This document shows positions 32,314-40,777 of a DNA stretch of 64,000 nucleotides, piece by piece. The stretch spans positions 255,045 to 319,044 of the forward strand of contig JAPLLX010000004.1 of the NCBI GenBank assembly GCA_026387335.1. Reading direction: 5' to 3'. The position numbers were made by a program, and so were the translations under genes. Positions within the stretch are counted from its first letter, which is position 1. Each line of letters starts with the position of its first letter. The DNA is from Candidatus Omnitrophota bacterium (GTDB lineage: Bacteria; Omnitrophota; Gorgyraeia; Gygaellales; Profunditerraquicolaceae). The notes under the pieces were generated by a model. It was not told where the DNA came from and ran no database searches. It saw only the letters and a program-made list of their open reading frames with translations.

Positions 32314-33113
32314 TGCCGGAACTGCCGGAAGTGGAAACCATAAAACGCGATCTGGAAAAAGTAATCGTAGGTAAGAAGATTACCGAGGTTTGCGTGCGGA
32401 ATCGCGCGATTATCCGGGAGCCGGCGGTTTCTGTTTTTAAGAAGGGTCTGGAAGGCGTAGTTATCAAAAATATCTTACGCCGGGCCAAAGTTTTGATATT
32501 CGAGTTATCTAACGGCAAATCCTTAGTAATGCACCTTAAGATGACCGGGCAATTAGTTTATCCCGGAGGAGGCAAGAAGAGCCGGGTAGCCTTTCATTTC
32601 TCCGACGGCAAAATCCTGGATTTTAACGACCAGAGGCTCTTTGCTGAATTGCGCCTGTTGGATGATTGGCGGACCTTGAAATTCATTCAAAGCCTCGGGC
32701 CTGAGCCAGCGGATTTAAGTTTAAAGCAGTTTAAAGATATGTTAAAGGGAAAGAAAACCCGGATTAAGCCGTTATTAATGGACCAGTCGTTTATTGCAGG
32801 TATAGGCAACATCTATGCTTCAGAAATTTTATTCCGCGCCAAAATCAATCCTGAGCGCCGGGCGAATGCATTGACGGATAAAGAAAAAGAATTGCTCTTT
32901 AAGGCAATCAGTGATATTTTGAATGCGGCTGTGCGCCACGCCGGCTCCTCCGTTGACGATTATGTGCGACTTTCCGGAGAAAAAGGCGGATACGTGAAAT
33001 ATCATAAAGTCTATGGACGGCAAGGTAAGGCCTGCTTAGTCTGTAAGGCAATAATTAAGAAAATTAATCAGGGAGGAAGAGGCACCTATTTTTGCCCCAG
33101 GTGCCAAAAGTAA
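32313..33113 (+). CDS. mutM: Formamidopyrimidine-DNA glycosylase
   Basis: MPELPEVET, HLKMTG, GIGNIYASE, Zn finger CLVC...CPRCQ. Confidence 0.97.
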   Translation: MPELPEVETIKRDLEKVIVGKKITEVCVRNRAIIREPAVSVFKKGLEGVVIKNILRRAKVLIFELSNGKSLVMHLKMTGQLVYPGGGKKSRVAFHFSDGKILDFNDQRLFAELRLLDDWRTLKFIQSLGPEPADLSLKQFKDMLKGKKTRIKPLLMDQSFIAGIGNIYASEILFRAKINPERRANALTDKEKELLFKAISDILNAAVRHAGSSVDDYVRLSGEKGGYVKYHKVYGRQGKACLVCKAIIKKINQGGRGTYFCPRCQK

Positions 33114-33116
33114 GGA

Positions 33117-33689
33117 ATGAAGAAAAGAATAAAGATTAACGGAACAATTATGGCTTTGGCCATTATCCTGGTCGTGCTCTTCCGGGAAGCATTTTTCCGC
33201 CCGAGCAATCCGGGGTGGCTGGAAAATTCTCTAAGGGTAATAGGGCTGCTGGCTATATTTTTGGGCCAGCTTATCCGCGTTTCAGCCAGAGGTTACAAAG
33301 CCGAGCATTCTAAGAATAGCCATGCTTTGATTGAAGGCGGGCCCTATAAAATTGTGCGTAATCCTATGTATCTGGGGATCCTTTTAATCGGGCTGGGCGT
33401 AGTGCTTATGCTTTTTAACTGGTGGGTAGTCCTGCTATTTCTGTTAATTTTTGCTAGCCGCTACTTCCCGTTAATACTTAGCGAAGAGAAGAAATTGCAG
33501 AATATGTTCCCCGGGACTTATGAGGCGTATTGTCGCCGGGTTCCCCGAATGATCCCGCGGCTCGCTAGTTTAATTAAGGAAAGCGGCAGGGAATATTTAC
33601 CGCTAAAACCAGTTTGGTTTAAAAAAGAGATCAACTCGATAATCCCGCTTTTAATATTAATTGTGGCGTTTTTTCTCTGGAGAAGATGA
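33117..33689 (+). CDS. Isoprenylcysteine carboxylmethyltransferase/PEMT family membrane protein
   Basis: GPYKIVRNPMYLG, EEKKL..FP..Y..Y..RVPR. Confidence 0.85.
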   Translation: MKKRIKINGTIMALAIILVVLFREAFFRPSNPGWLENSLRVIGLLAIFLGQLIRVSARGYKAEHSKNSHALIEGGPYKIVRNPMYLGILLIGLGVVLMLFNWWVVLLFLLIFASRYFPLILSEEKKLQNMFPGTYEAYCRRVPRMIPRLASLIKESGREYLPLKPVWFKKEINSIIPLLILIVAFFLWRR

Positions 33690-34450
33690 AAAATTTTCAA
33701 CTAAAAGCAAAAATATTGGCGCAAACCAAAATAAAGGATAACTACTGGCATTGTGAATTCAGCGCTCCGCAAATCGCTAAAAATGCCCTGCCCGGACAAT
33801 TTATCAATATCCGGGTAAGCGCTAATTTTGACCCGCTTTTAAGAAGGCCGATTAGCCTACACGGAGTAAGCGCAGCCAAGGTAAAGATTGTTTATGAAGT
33901 AGTGGGTAAGGCCACAGAAATCTTAGTGCGCAAGAAAAAAGGCGAGTTTTTGGATATTATCGGGCCTTTGGGCAATGGTTTTGATCTTGGGATGCAGAAG
34001 GCAGAAGGCAGAAGGCAAATATTAGTAGCGGGAGGAATGGGTGTCGCTCCGCTGATGTTTCTGGCGGAAAAATTAAAAGTCCCCAGCCTAGTCTTGATTG
34101 GAGCAAAGACAAAAAAAGACTTGCTCTGTGTCCAAGAATTTAAAAAATTGGGTTGTAGCGTAAAGATTTCTACCGATGATGGTTCGCTGGGATTCAAAGG
34201 CAGGGTAACCGAGTTATTAAGGAATAACTTAACTAAAAGTTGCGCGCTATACGCCTGTGGGCTTAAGCCCATGCTTAAGGTAATTTCAGATATTGCAAAT
34301 GAATATAATATCCCGGCGCAGGTATCCTTAGAAGAACATATGAGTTGCGGAATTGGCGCATGTTTAGGTTGCGTAGTGAAAACAAAAGAAGGTTTAAAGC
34401 GGGTTTGTCAAGAAGGCCCGGTTTTTAAGGCGCAGGATTTAATCTGGTAA
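33686..34450 (+). CDS. pyrK: Dihydroorotate dehydrogenase electron transfer subunit
   Basis: LRRPIS, GPLGNGF, MSCGIGACLGC, VCQEGPVF. Confidence 0.93.
   Translation: MKNFQLKAKILAQTKIKDNYWHCEFSAPQIAKNALPGQFINIRVSANFDPLLRRPISLHGVSAAKVKIVYEVVGKATEILVRKKKGEFLDIIGPLGNGFDLGMQKAEGRRQILVAGGMGVAPLMFLAEKLKVPSLVLIGAKTKKDLLCVQEFKKLGCSVKISTDDGSLGFKGRVTELLRNNLTKSCALYACGLKPMLKVISDIANEYNIPAQVSLEEHMSCGIGACLGCVVKTKEGLKRVCQEGPVFKAQDLIW
33994..34017 (+). repeat. Heptamer tandem repeat (GCAGAAG)x3.4 inside pyrK
   Basis: GCAGAAGGCAGAAGGCAGAAGGCA encoding QKAEGRRQ. Confidence 0.8.
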
Positions 34451-34451
34451 A

Positions 34452-35372
34452 ATGATGAAACCCAAAATTTCCGTAGAAATAGGCAAACTTAAATTAAATA
34501 ACCCGGTCATGGTGGCCTCGGGCACTTTTGGTTACGCCGAAGAATTTAAGGATTTTATGGATGTAAAAAAACTCGGCGCCATTGTTACTAAAACTTTAAC
34601 TTTAAAACCGCGTAAAGGTAATCCTATGCCGCGCACCTGTGAGACGGCCGCAGGCATGCTTAATTCCATCGGATTAGAGAATCCGGGTTTGGCAATTTTT
34701 ATCCGGGAGAAACTTCCTTTCTTAAAAAAGACAGGCGTCCCGATAATCATTAGTGTAGCTTCCGAAGAAAAACCCGAAGAATTCCTGGAGTTAGTCGCGC
34801 AACTAAATATCATTGAAGAAGTCGCGGCAATTGAATTGAACATTTCTTGCCCTAATATTCAAGGGAAGGAGAGCTTGATTGCGCAGGATCCCGCGGCTAC
34901 TTATAAAATCGTTCAAGAAGTGCGCAAAATTACCGGCAAAACGCTTATTACCAAGCTTTCTCCCAATGTTACTTCTATCGGTGATATTGCTCAGGCTGCC
35001 GAAGACGCAGGGAGCGACGCGGTGGCCTTAATTAATACCTTAAGCGCGATGAGTATAGATGTAGATAAGAGAAGGCCCAAGATTGCCGCCGGAATAGCGG
35101 GTTTAAGCGGACCGGCAATCCGGCCGGTAGCCGTAAAGATGGTCTGGGAAGTTTTTAATAAGGTGAAGATCCCGATTATCGGTATGGGCGGGATAATGGA
35201 TACCGCAAGCGCCCTGGAATTTATTATTGCCGGAGCCAGCGCGGTAAGCGTCGGAACAGCGAATTTTATTAATCCGGGGGTAAGCCTAGAAATAATAGCC
35301 GGCTTAAAAGAATACCTGGTTAAAAACAAAATCAGCGATATCCGGGAACTTATGGGAGCCTTGAAAATATGA
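34452..35372 (+). CDS. pyrD: Dihydroorotate dehydrogenase 1B catalytic subunit
   Basis: ASGTFGY, MLNSIGLENPG, ELNISCPN, GLSGPAIRP. Confidence 0.96.
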   Translation: MMKPKISVEIGKLKLNNPVMVASGTFGYAEEFKDFMDVKKLGAIVTKTLTLKPRKGNPMPRTCETAAGMLNSIGLENPGLAIFIREKLPFLKKTGVPIIISVASEEKPEEFLELVAQLNIIEEVAAIELNISCPNIQGKESLIAQDPAATYKIVQEVRKITGKTLITKLSPNVTSIGDIAQAAEDAGSDAVALINTLSAMSIDVDKRRPKIAAGIAGLSGPAIRPVAVKMVWEVFNKVKIPIIGMGGIMDTASALEFIIAGASAVSVGTANFINPGVSLEIIAGLKEYLVKNKISDIRELMGALKI

Positions 35373-36031
35373 AATCCGAAATAATTCTGGCTTTGGATGT
35401 GGATAGTTTTAGTAAGGCAAAATATTTTGTCAATAAACTTTATCCTAAGATAAAAATATTTAAAGTTGGTATGCAGCTTTATACCGCCCTAGGCCCAAAA
35501 ATAATCCAAATGATCCATAAAAAAGGGGCACAGGTTTTTCTGGACTTAAAATTTCTCGATATTCCCAACACCGTGGCTAAGGCAGTGCGCGAGGCTGTCC
35601 GGCATAAAGTTAAGATGCTCACTCTGCATATTTCCGGCGGTGAAGAGATGCTTAAGGCCGCGGTATCTGCCGCTAAAGATGAAGCCAAAAAACTAAAAAT
35701 TAAAAAACCCTTATTAATCGGAGTTACGGTTTTGACCAGTAAAAAAACTAATCCCAGCGCCGTACTTAGCCTGGCCAAGGCCGGAATTCAGTCTGGGTTA
35801 GACGGAGTGGTTTGCTCGGCGCAAGAAGCCCGCAACCTAAGAAACAAAATCAAAAGAAAATTTGTGATAGTTACTCCCGGGATCAGGTTCCAAGGAGTAG
35901 CCAAGAACGACCAAAAACGGACCGCTACTGTAGACGAGGCGATTAAATCCGGAAGTAATTTTTTAGTCATTGGTCGGCCGATATTAGAGGCCAAAGACCC
36001 GCTTAAGGCGGCTTTAGAATTGCTGCGCTAA
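35369..36031 (+). CDS. pyrF: Orotidine-5'-phosphate decarboxylase
   Basis: LALD, FLDLKFLDIPNT, VTPGIR, DQKR, VIGRPI. Confidence 0.96.
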   Translation: MKSEIILALDVDSFSKAKYFVNKLYPKIKIFKVGMQLYTALGPKIIQMIHKKGAQVFLDLKFLDIPNTVAKAVREAVRHKVKMLTLHISGGEEMLKAAVSAAKDEAKKLKIKKPLLIGVTVLTSKKTNPSAVLSLAKAGIQSGLDGVVCSAQEARNLRNKIKRKFVIVTPGIRFQGVAKNDQKRTATVDEAIKSGSNFLVIGRPILEAKDPLKAALELLR

Positions 36032-36084
36032 CGCCCGAACATATAGGATTGTTCGGCGTGCACTTGTGTGCAAGGAGATAACCC

Positions 36085-36522
36085 ATGTTTAAAAAAATCG
36101 CAGTGTTTATTGCTTCCGTTATATTATTGGTGAATATTTGCGGTTGTGTCGCGTTAATAGCCGGAGGCGCGGCCGGAGGAGCCGGGACAGCGGTTTGGCT
36201 TTCCGGAAAAATGACCCAATATGTAAACGCTCCTCTGGAACAGGTCACCAAAGTTGCTAAAGACTCGCTGCAATCCCGCAATATGGCCATAATGACCAAA
36301 GAAGTTTCTTCTTCAGGGCATGACGTAGTGCAGATAAGAAGCAGAGAGGCCAGCGGTGAAAAAATCCGGATAGACATCCATAAGATTACCGAAACCAGGT
36401 CCCGCATTGAAGTGAGGGTGGGCACAATCGTCAGCAATAAGGAAGCAGCGGATAGGATCTTAAAAGGCATTACCGAACGGCTGCAGCTTTCCTCTCTTGC
36501 GGAACTTAAGCATTTAAGCTAA
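36085..36522 (+). CDS. DUF3568-like lipoprotein
   Basis: Lipobox-like ICGC, GGAAGGAGT, IEVRVG. Confidence 0.7.
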   Translation: MFKKIAVFIASVILLVNICGCVALIAGGAAGGAGTAVWLSGKMTQYVNAPLEQVTKVAKDSLQSRNMAIMTKEVSSSGHDVVQIRSREASGEKIRIDIHKITETRSRIEVRVGTIVSNKEAADRILKGITERLQLSSLAELKHLS

Positions 36523-36525
36523 AAT
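36497..36525 (+). promoter_or_regulatory. Promoter for tRNA-Val(TAC)
   Basis: TTGCGG-17-TAAAAT; shares ATTTAAGCTAAAAT with the next promoter. Confidence 0.55.
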
Positions 36526-36547
36526 AGATAACTAATTAAATCTCATC

Positions 36548-36625
36548 GGGCGGTTGGCGCAATTGGTTAGCGCGCCTGATTTACATTCAGGAGGTTTACA
36601 GGTTCAAGTCCTGTACCGCCCACCA
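36548..36625 (+). tRNA. tRNA-Val(TAC), CCA encoded
   Basis: Anticodon arm CCTGA-TTTACAT-TCAGG. Confidence 0.94.
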
Positions 36626-36646
36626 TGAATTTAGAAGAAAAACTTG

Positions 36647-36675
36647 TTGCAAGTTAGCTGTATTTAAGCTAAAAT
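36647..36675 (+). promoter_or_regulatory. Promoter for tRNA-Asp
   Basis: TTGCAA-17-TAAAAT. Confidence 0.6.
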
Positions 36676-36693
36676 TTACATCCTTATGTTCGT

Positions 36694-36772
36694 GGGGTCG
36701 TAGCTTAGCCTGGTTTAAAGCGCCTCCCTGTCACGGAGGAGATCGCGAGTCCGAATCTCGTCGGCCCCGCCA
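36694..36772 (+). tRNA. tRNA-Asp(GTC), CCA encoded, atypical T loop
   Basis: Anticodon arm CCTCC-CTGTCAC-GGAGG; T loop TCCGAAT. Confidence 0.92.
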
Positions 36773-36814
36773 CTTAAAATCCGCCTTTGGCGCAGCGCAG
36801 GATAGAGTAAAATT

Positions 36815-36842
36815 ACTCCGTAAGCACTTTACGGAGTTTTTT
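36815..36842 (+). terminator. Intrinsic terminator after tRNA-Asp
   Basis: ACTCCGTAA...TTACGGAGT followed by a T run. Confidence 0.75.
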
Positions 36843-36884
36843 ATTGTGGTACAATATAAACATTTAGAACTAAAAGGAGGAAAC

Positions 36885-37205
36885 ATGGCTACTATTGAAG
36901 ATTTCCGGAAATTAGAGTTAAAAATAGCTCAAATTAAAGAGGTTAACGAACATCCTAACGCGGAAAAACTTTTGGTCCTGACCGTGGATTTGGGGGATAA
37001 GACCAAGCAGGTAGTTGCCGGGATAAAAAATTTTTATACCAAAGAGACGCTTTTAGGTAAATATGTGGTGGTAGTAGATAATCTTGACCCCGCGGTTTTA
37101 AGGGGAGTAGAAAGCCAAGGGATGGTTTTGGCTGGTTCGGATGAGTCAGGTCTTACTATTATAATTCCCGAGAGGCCGTTAAAATTAGGGAGCGTAGTCA
37201 AGTGA
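36885..37205 (+). CDS. Stand-alone tRNA-binding OB protein (Trbp111/CsaA/MetG C-terminal-like); start moved
   Basis: IEDFRKLELK, HPNAEKL, RGVESQGMVLA; SD AGGAGG before ATG 36885. Confidence 0.9.
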   Translation: MATIEDFRKLELKIAQIKEVNEHPNAEKLLVLTVDLGDKTKQVVAGIKNFYTKETLLGKYVVVVDNLDPAVLRGVESQGMVLAGSDESGLTIIIPERPLKLGSVVK

Positions 37206-37708
37206 TCAAGCAATTTGTCCCGGAGGTCGCCTGCCTTAAATGCCAGGGCTGCTGCAGATTTAAGGAAATTGACTCAGTCTGGACGCCTTGCCTGTTAGAA
37301 GAAGAGGTCCAGGATCTACTGGATAAGGATATCCCCGCGGCGTATATAAATATGCAAAGAAAGATCCAGCCGGTCCCCAATCCTAAAGGAGAAGGGTTTC
37401 TCTGCGCTTTTCTAGAAAACCAGAGCAATAAATGCAAGATTTATAACCTGCGGCCTTTCGAGTGCCAGCTTTATCCTTTCCTGATTAACCTGCGGAATAA
37501 AAAAGTAGTGCTGACGGTAGATTTAAATTGTCCCTACATAAAAGAGGCTATTAATAAAAAGGAATTTAAGGAGTACGCGGAGTATTTAGCCGCTTACCTT
37601 AATTCCAAAGAGCAGTTAGAGATGTTGATGGATAACCCCCAGATTATCCAGGCCTATGAGGATGTTACGGATTTGATAGAACTTAAGTTTCCCGATGCGC
37701 CTAAATAA
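37202..37708 (+). CDS. YkgJ-family cysteine-cluster (CxxCxxCC) protein
   Basis: CLKCQGCC, CAFL, CKIYNLRPFECQLYPF. Confidence 0.85.
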   Translation: MIKQFVPEVACLKCQGCCRFKEIDSVWTPCLLEEEVQDLLDKDIPAAYINMQRKIQPVPNPKGEGFLCAFLENQSNKCKIYNLRPFECQLYPFLINLRNKKVVLTVDLNCPYIKEAINKKEFKEYAEYLAAYLNSKEQLEMLMDNPQIIQAYEDVTDLIELKFPDAPK

Positions 37709-38633
37709 ACTCTTCCTGCGCGATAAGAATAAATTTAGTTCTTATTTAAACCTGGAAAGACACGCGTTAGCGGTCTATGCCTTCGCCAATATTTATATCT
37801 GGAGAAGATTCTTTGATATACGCTGGGCGGAAATTGCCGGCAGTCTGTGCGTATTTTTTCAGGATAAGATAGGCTCTTTTTTATATATCCCGCCCTTAGG
37901 AAAAACCCGGGATCCGCAGGTAGTGCAGGAAAATTTCAAAATCCTGGAACGTTTGAATAAGAATCCGGAGTTTGCGCATATAGAAAATATTGAGGAGAAA
38001 GATAAAGGGTTTTACGAAGGCTTAGGGTTAGAATGCGCGTTTAAATCATATGATTATCTTTGCCGCAGAACGGAACTGGCGCAGTTACGCGGGAATAAAT
38101 TTAAATCTAAACGCTCCAGCTGCAATTTTTTTACCAAGCGCTACGATTTCAGTTACGCCAAGCTTACTTTAAAAGAGAGGGGTAGCTGTTTTAAATTATA
38201 TAACCTCTGGGCTCAACAGCGTAACTTGGGTAACCCGGATCATATTTATCAGGGTATGTTATCCGATAGCCGGGTTTCCTTAAAAGAAGCGTTGGTTAAT
38301 TACGCGGATTTAGGCTTTCAGGGTGCGGTAGTAAAAATAGATAAAGAGGTAAAGGGCTTTACTTTCGGGTTTCCTTTAAGCCCGGATACCTTTTGTATAT
38401 TATACGAGATAACCGATTTATCCGTAAAAGGCCTGGCCCAATTTATCTTCCGCTCCTTCGCCCAGGAACTTAAGAGTTACAAATATATTAATATAATGGA
38501 TGACTCTGGGCTAGAAAATTTAAAGAAAGTAAAATTATCGTATCACCCGGAGAAATTGGTTCCGGCGTATATTGCTAGAAGAAAACCAACTTCAGGGACG
38601 GTTCTCAACTCAAAGCAAAAGTGTCCCCATTAA
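37695..38633 (+). CDS. DUF2156 (aminoacyl-PG synthase C-terminal, tRNA-dependent transferase fold) protein
   Basis: DYL....LAQLRGNKFKSKR, YINIMDDSGLENLKKVKLSYHP; last ~13 aa derive from repeat B1. Confidence 0.8.
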   Translation: MRLNKLFLRDKNKFSSYLNLERHALAVYAFANIYIWRRFFDIRWAEIAGSLCVFFQDKIGSFLYIPPLGKTRDPQVVQENFKILERLNKNPEFAHIENIEEKDKGFYEGLGLECAFKSYDYLCRRTELAQLRGNKFKSKRSSCNFFTKRYDFSYAKLTLKERGSCFKLYNLWAQQRNLGNPDHIYQGMLSDSRVSLKEALVNYADLGFQGAVVKIDKEVKGFTFGFPLSPDTFCILYEITDLSVKGLAQFIFRSFAQELKSYKYINIMDDSGLENLKKVKLSYHPEKLVPAYIARRKPTSGTVLNSKQKCPH

Positions 38634-38670
38634 GGGGACACTTTAAGATTGGCTCGAGAACCGTCCCTAA
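38592..38670. repeat. Palindromic element family B, copy B1 (79 bp)
   Basis: Outer arms AGGGACGGTTCTC/GAGAACCGTCCCT; inner arms AAAGTGTCCCC/GGGGACACTTT; near-identical to the reverse complement of B2. Confidence 0.93.
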
Positions 38671-38676
38671 TCTGAT

Positions 38677-39522
38677 ATGAATATAGATGAAATAGAATTT
38701 GTAATTTTTGACACTGAAACCACCGGCCTTGATCCGTCTTCCGGGGATAGGATAGTGGAGTTGGCGGCTTTAAAATTTAAAGGCCTGGAAAAAATATCTG
38801 AGTTTCAGGCGTTGGTCAACCCGGGTAAGCCTGTATCCGAGGCAGCCTTTGCGGTCAATAAAATCAGCGCCGAGATGCTCAAAGACGCGCCCCAGCCCGA
38901 AACAGTAATCCCTAAATTTCTAGATTTTATTCAGGGTTCTTGCGTTTGTTCTTACAATGCCTGTTTTGACCTGGAATTTTTAAATAATGAATTAAAAGTT
39001 TTAAACCTGCCGGCGTTAAAAGATATCCTGATAATTGACGCGCTGAAGATGGCCAAGCGCGTTCTTCCGGGCTTAGAGCGTTACGCGCTCTGGTTTGTCG
39101 CGGATACCCTGGGTATAAAAATAAAGCAACAGCATCGGGCGTTCTCCGACGTAGAACTGACCTTAGCTGTCTTTAATAAATTAAAGGATATCCTTAAGAC
39201 CAAGGGCATAACAGATTTCAATAAATACCTTGGGTTATTTAGCGTTAATCCCGCGTTGCTGGAAAATATTAATAACCAAAAGATCGCCCAGATCCAGGAA
39301 GCTTTAAACTTAAGGGCGCAGATTAAAATTGAATATATTTCTGTTTCCAGCGCCCAGGTTACCCGGCGCGAGGTGGTCCCGAAAGAAATTAAACGCGAGA
39401 ACGGCAAAGACTATTTAGTGGGTTACTGCTGCCTGAAGCGCCAGGAGCGCTCGTTTCGGGTTGATAATATATTGCATATAGAGATCGTTAATGAAAACAC
39501 TGGAAATCAAGCTTCCTTTTAA
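38677..39522 (+). CDS. DEDDh 3'-5' exonuclease (DnaQ-like) fused to a WYL domain
   Basis: FDTETTG, YNACFD, HRAFSDV; C-terminal REVVP...YLVGYCCLKRQERSFRVDNI. Confidence 0.88.
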   Translation: MNIDEIEFVIFDTETTGLDPSSGDRIVELAALKFKGLEKISEFQALVNPGKPVSEAAFAVNKISAEMLKDAPQPETVIPKFLDFIQGSCVCSYNACFDLEFLNNELKVLNLPALKDILIIDALKMAKRVLPGLERYALWFVADTLGIKIKQQHRAFSDVELTLAVFNKLKDILKTKGITDFNKYLGLFSVNPALLENINNQKIAQIQEALNLRAQIKIEYISVSSAQVTRREVVPKEIKRENGKDYLVGYCCLKRQERSFRVDNILHIEIVNENTGNQASF

Positions 39523-40564
39523 GCTTAAAAAATCGGTTTTGGCCTTAGGCCCGCAGACCAAGAATACGATTTGTTGGGCTAAGGCGGATAGAGCCTGGGT
39601 CAGTCCGCTACACGGAGATTTAAGTATACACAAAAGCCTATCTGATTTTGAAAGATGCGCAAAGTATTTTCTAAAAAAACGCCCTAAAATTATTGCCTGC
39701 GATTTACATCCGGAGTATCAGTCAACCCGCTACGCTTTTTCCCTACAGAATAGATACCTCATCCGGCCTATCCAACACCACCACGCCCATATCGCTTCCT
39801 GCATGGCGGAAAATGGGTTAAAGAACCAAAAGATAATCGGCGTAGCTTTTGACGGGACCGGCTTAGGCGTGGACAACACTATATGGGGAGCGGAATTTTT
39901 ACTCTGTGATTATAAAAATTTTTCCCGCGGGGCGCATTTAAAAGAAATCCCACTCGTGGGAGGAGAACGCGCCATATTAGAGCCGAGAAGGTTGGTGGCG
40001 GCCTGGCTTAATTTTGATCAGGCAATAGATAAAAAGCAGTTATTCCGGAAAATATACCTCTGCGGGATAAATTCTCCCTTAGCTAGCAGCATGGGCCGGT
40101 TATTTGATGCTGCCGGGAGCCTTATTTTAGGTAAAGAAAAAGCAAAATTTGAGGCAGAATTGGCGATTGAGCTGGAAAAACTAGCCGCCAAAAATTATCT
40201 TAAAACTGCAGGTTATAAGTTTAAAATTAGCAAATCCCCAGAGGGCTATATTTTAGACCCGTCCGGCATTTTTAAACAGATAGTCAGGGATTTAAAAGCG
40301 AAGAAACCCCGGGAGCAGATCGCCCAAAAGTTTCACGCGACAGTAGCGCAAATGATTTTAAAGACCTGTTTAATCTTAAGGCGGCAAAGTAAGATCAATA
40401 AGGTTGTTTTATCCGGAGGGGTATTCCAAAATAAACTTTTACTTAGTATCTGTTTAGACTTATTATATAAGCAAGGTTTTAAAGTTTTTACGCATCAGCA
40501 GTTGTCTTGTAATGACGCGGGCGTTTCTTTGGGACAGGCCGTTATTAGCGGCTATAGAGGTTAA
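39491..40564 (+). CDS. hypF: Short HypF carbamoyltransferase (Kae1-like C-terminal domain only)
   Basis: ACDLHPEY, IQHHHAH, FDGTGLG, SSMGRLFDA, LSGGVFQN, NDAGVSLGQ. Confidence 0.88.
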   Translation: MKTLEIKLPFKLKKSVLALGPQTKNTICWAKADRAWVSPLHGDLSIHKSLSDFERCAKYFLKKRPKIIACDLHPEYQSTRYAFSLQNRYLIRPIQHHHAHIASCMAENGLKNQKIIGVAFDGTGLGVDNTIWGAEFLLCDYKNFSRGAHLKEIPLVGGERAILEPRRLVAAWLNFDQAIDKKQLFRKIYLCGINSPLASSMGRLFDAAGSLILGKEKAKFEAELAIELEKLAAKNYLKTAGYKFKISKSPEGYILDPSGIFKQIVRDLKAKKPREQIAQKFHATVAQMILKTCLILRRQSKINKVVLSGGVFQNKLLLSICLDLLYKQGFKVFTHQQLSCNDAGVSLGQAVISGYRG

Positions 40565-40567
40565 ACT

Positions 40568-40777
40568 ATGTGTTTAGGCATACCCATGAAGATCAGAAAG
40601 ATCAACGCTGATTTTGCCGAGGTTGAATCCGGTAGGCTCTTGCGTAATATCAATATCCAGATGCTCTCCGGGTTAAAATTGGGGGATTATGTCTTGGTTC
40701 ACGCCGGTTTTGCCATCCAAAAAGTTGACCCGGCCCGGGCCAAAGAAACTTTGAGGATAGTCGATGAAATACGTTGA
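40568..40777 (+). CDS. hypC: Hydrogenase maturation chaperone HypC
   Basis: MCLGIP, GDYVLVHAGFAI. Confidence 0.96.
   Translation: MCLGIPMKIRKINADFAEVESGRLLRNINIQMLSGLKLGDYVLVHAGFAIQKVDPARAKETLRIVDEIR

Noticed and set aside
36780-36795. TCCGCCTTTGGCG mini-palindrome after tRNA-Asp
   Set aside because: Short, imperfect and a single clear copy; the similar purH sequence encodes the conserved SAFGG motif
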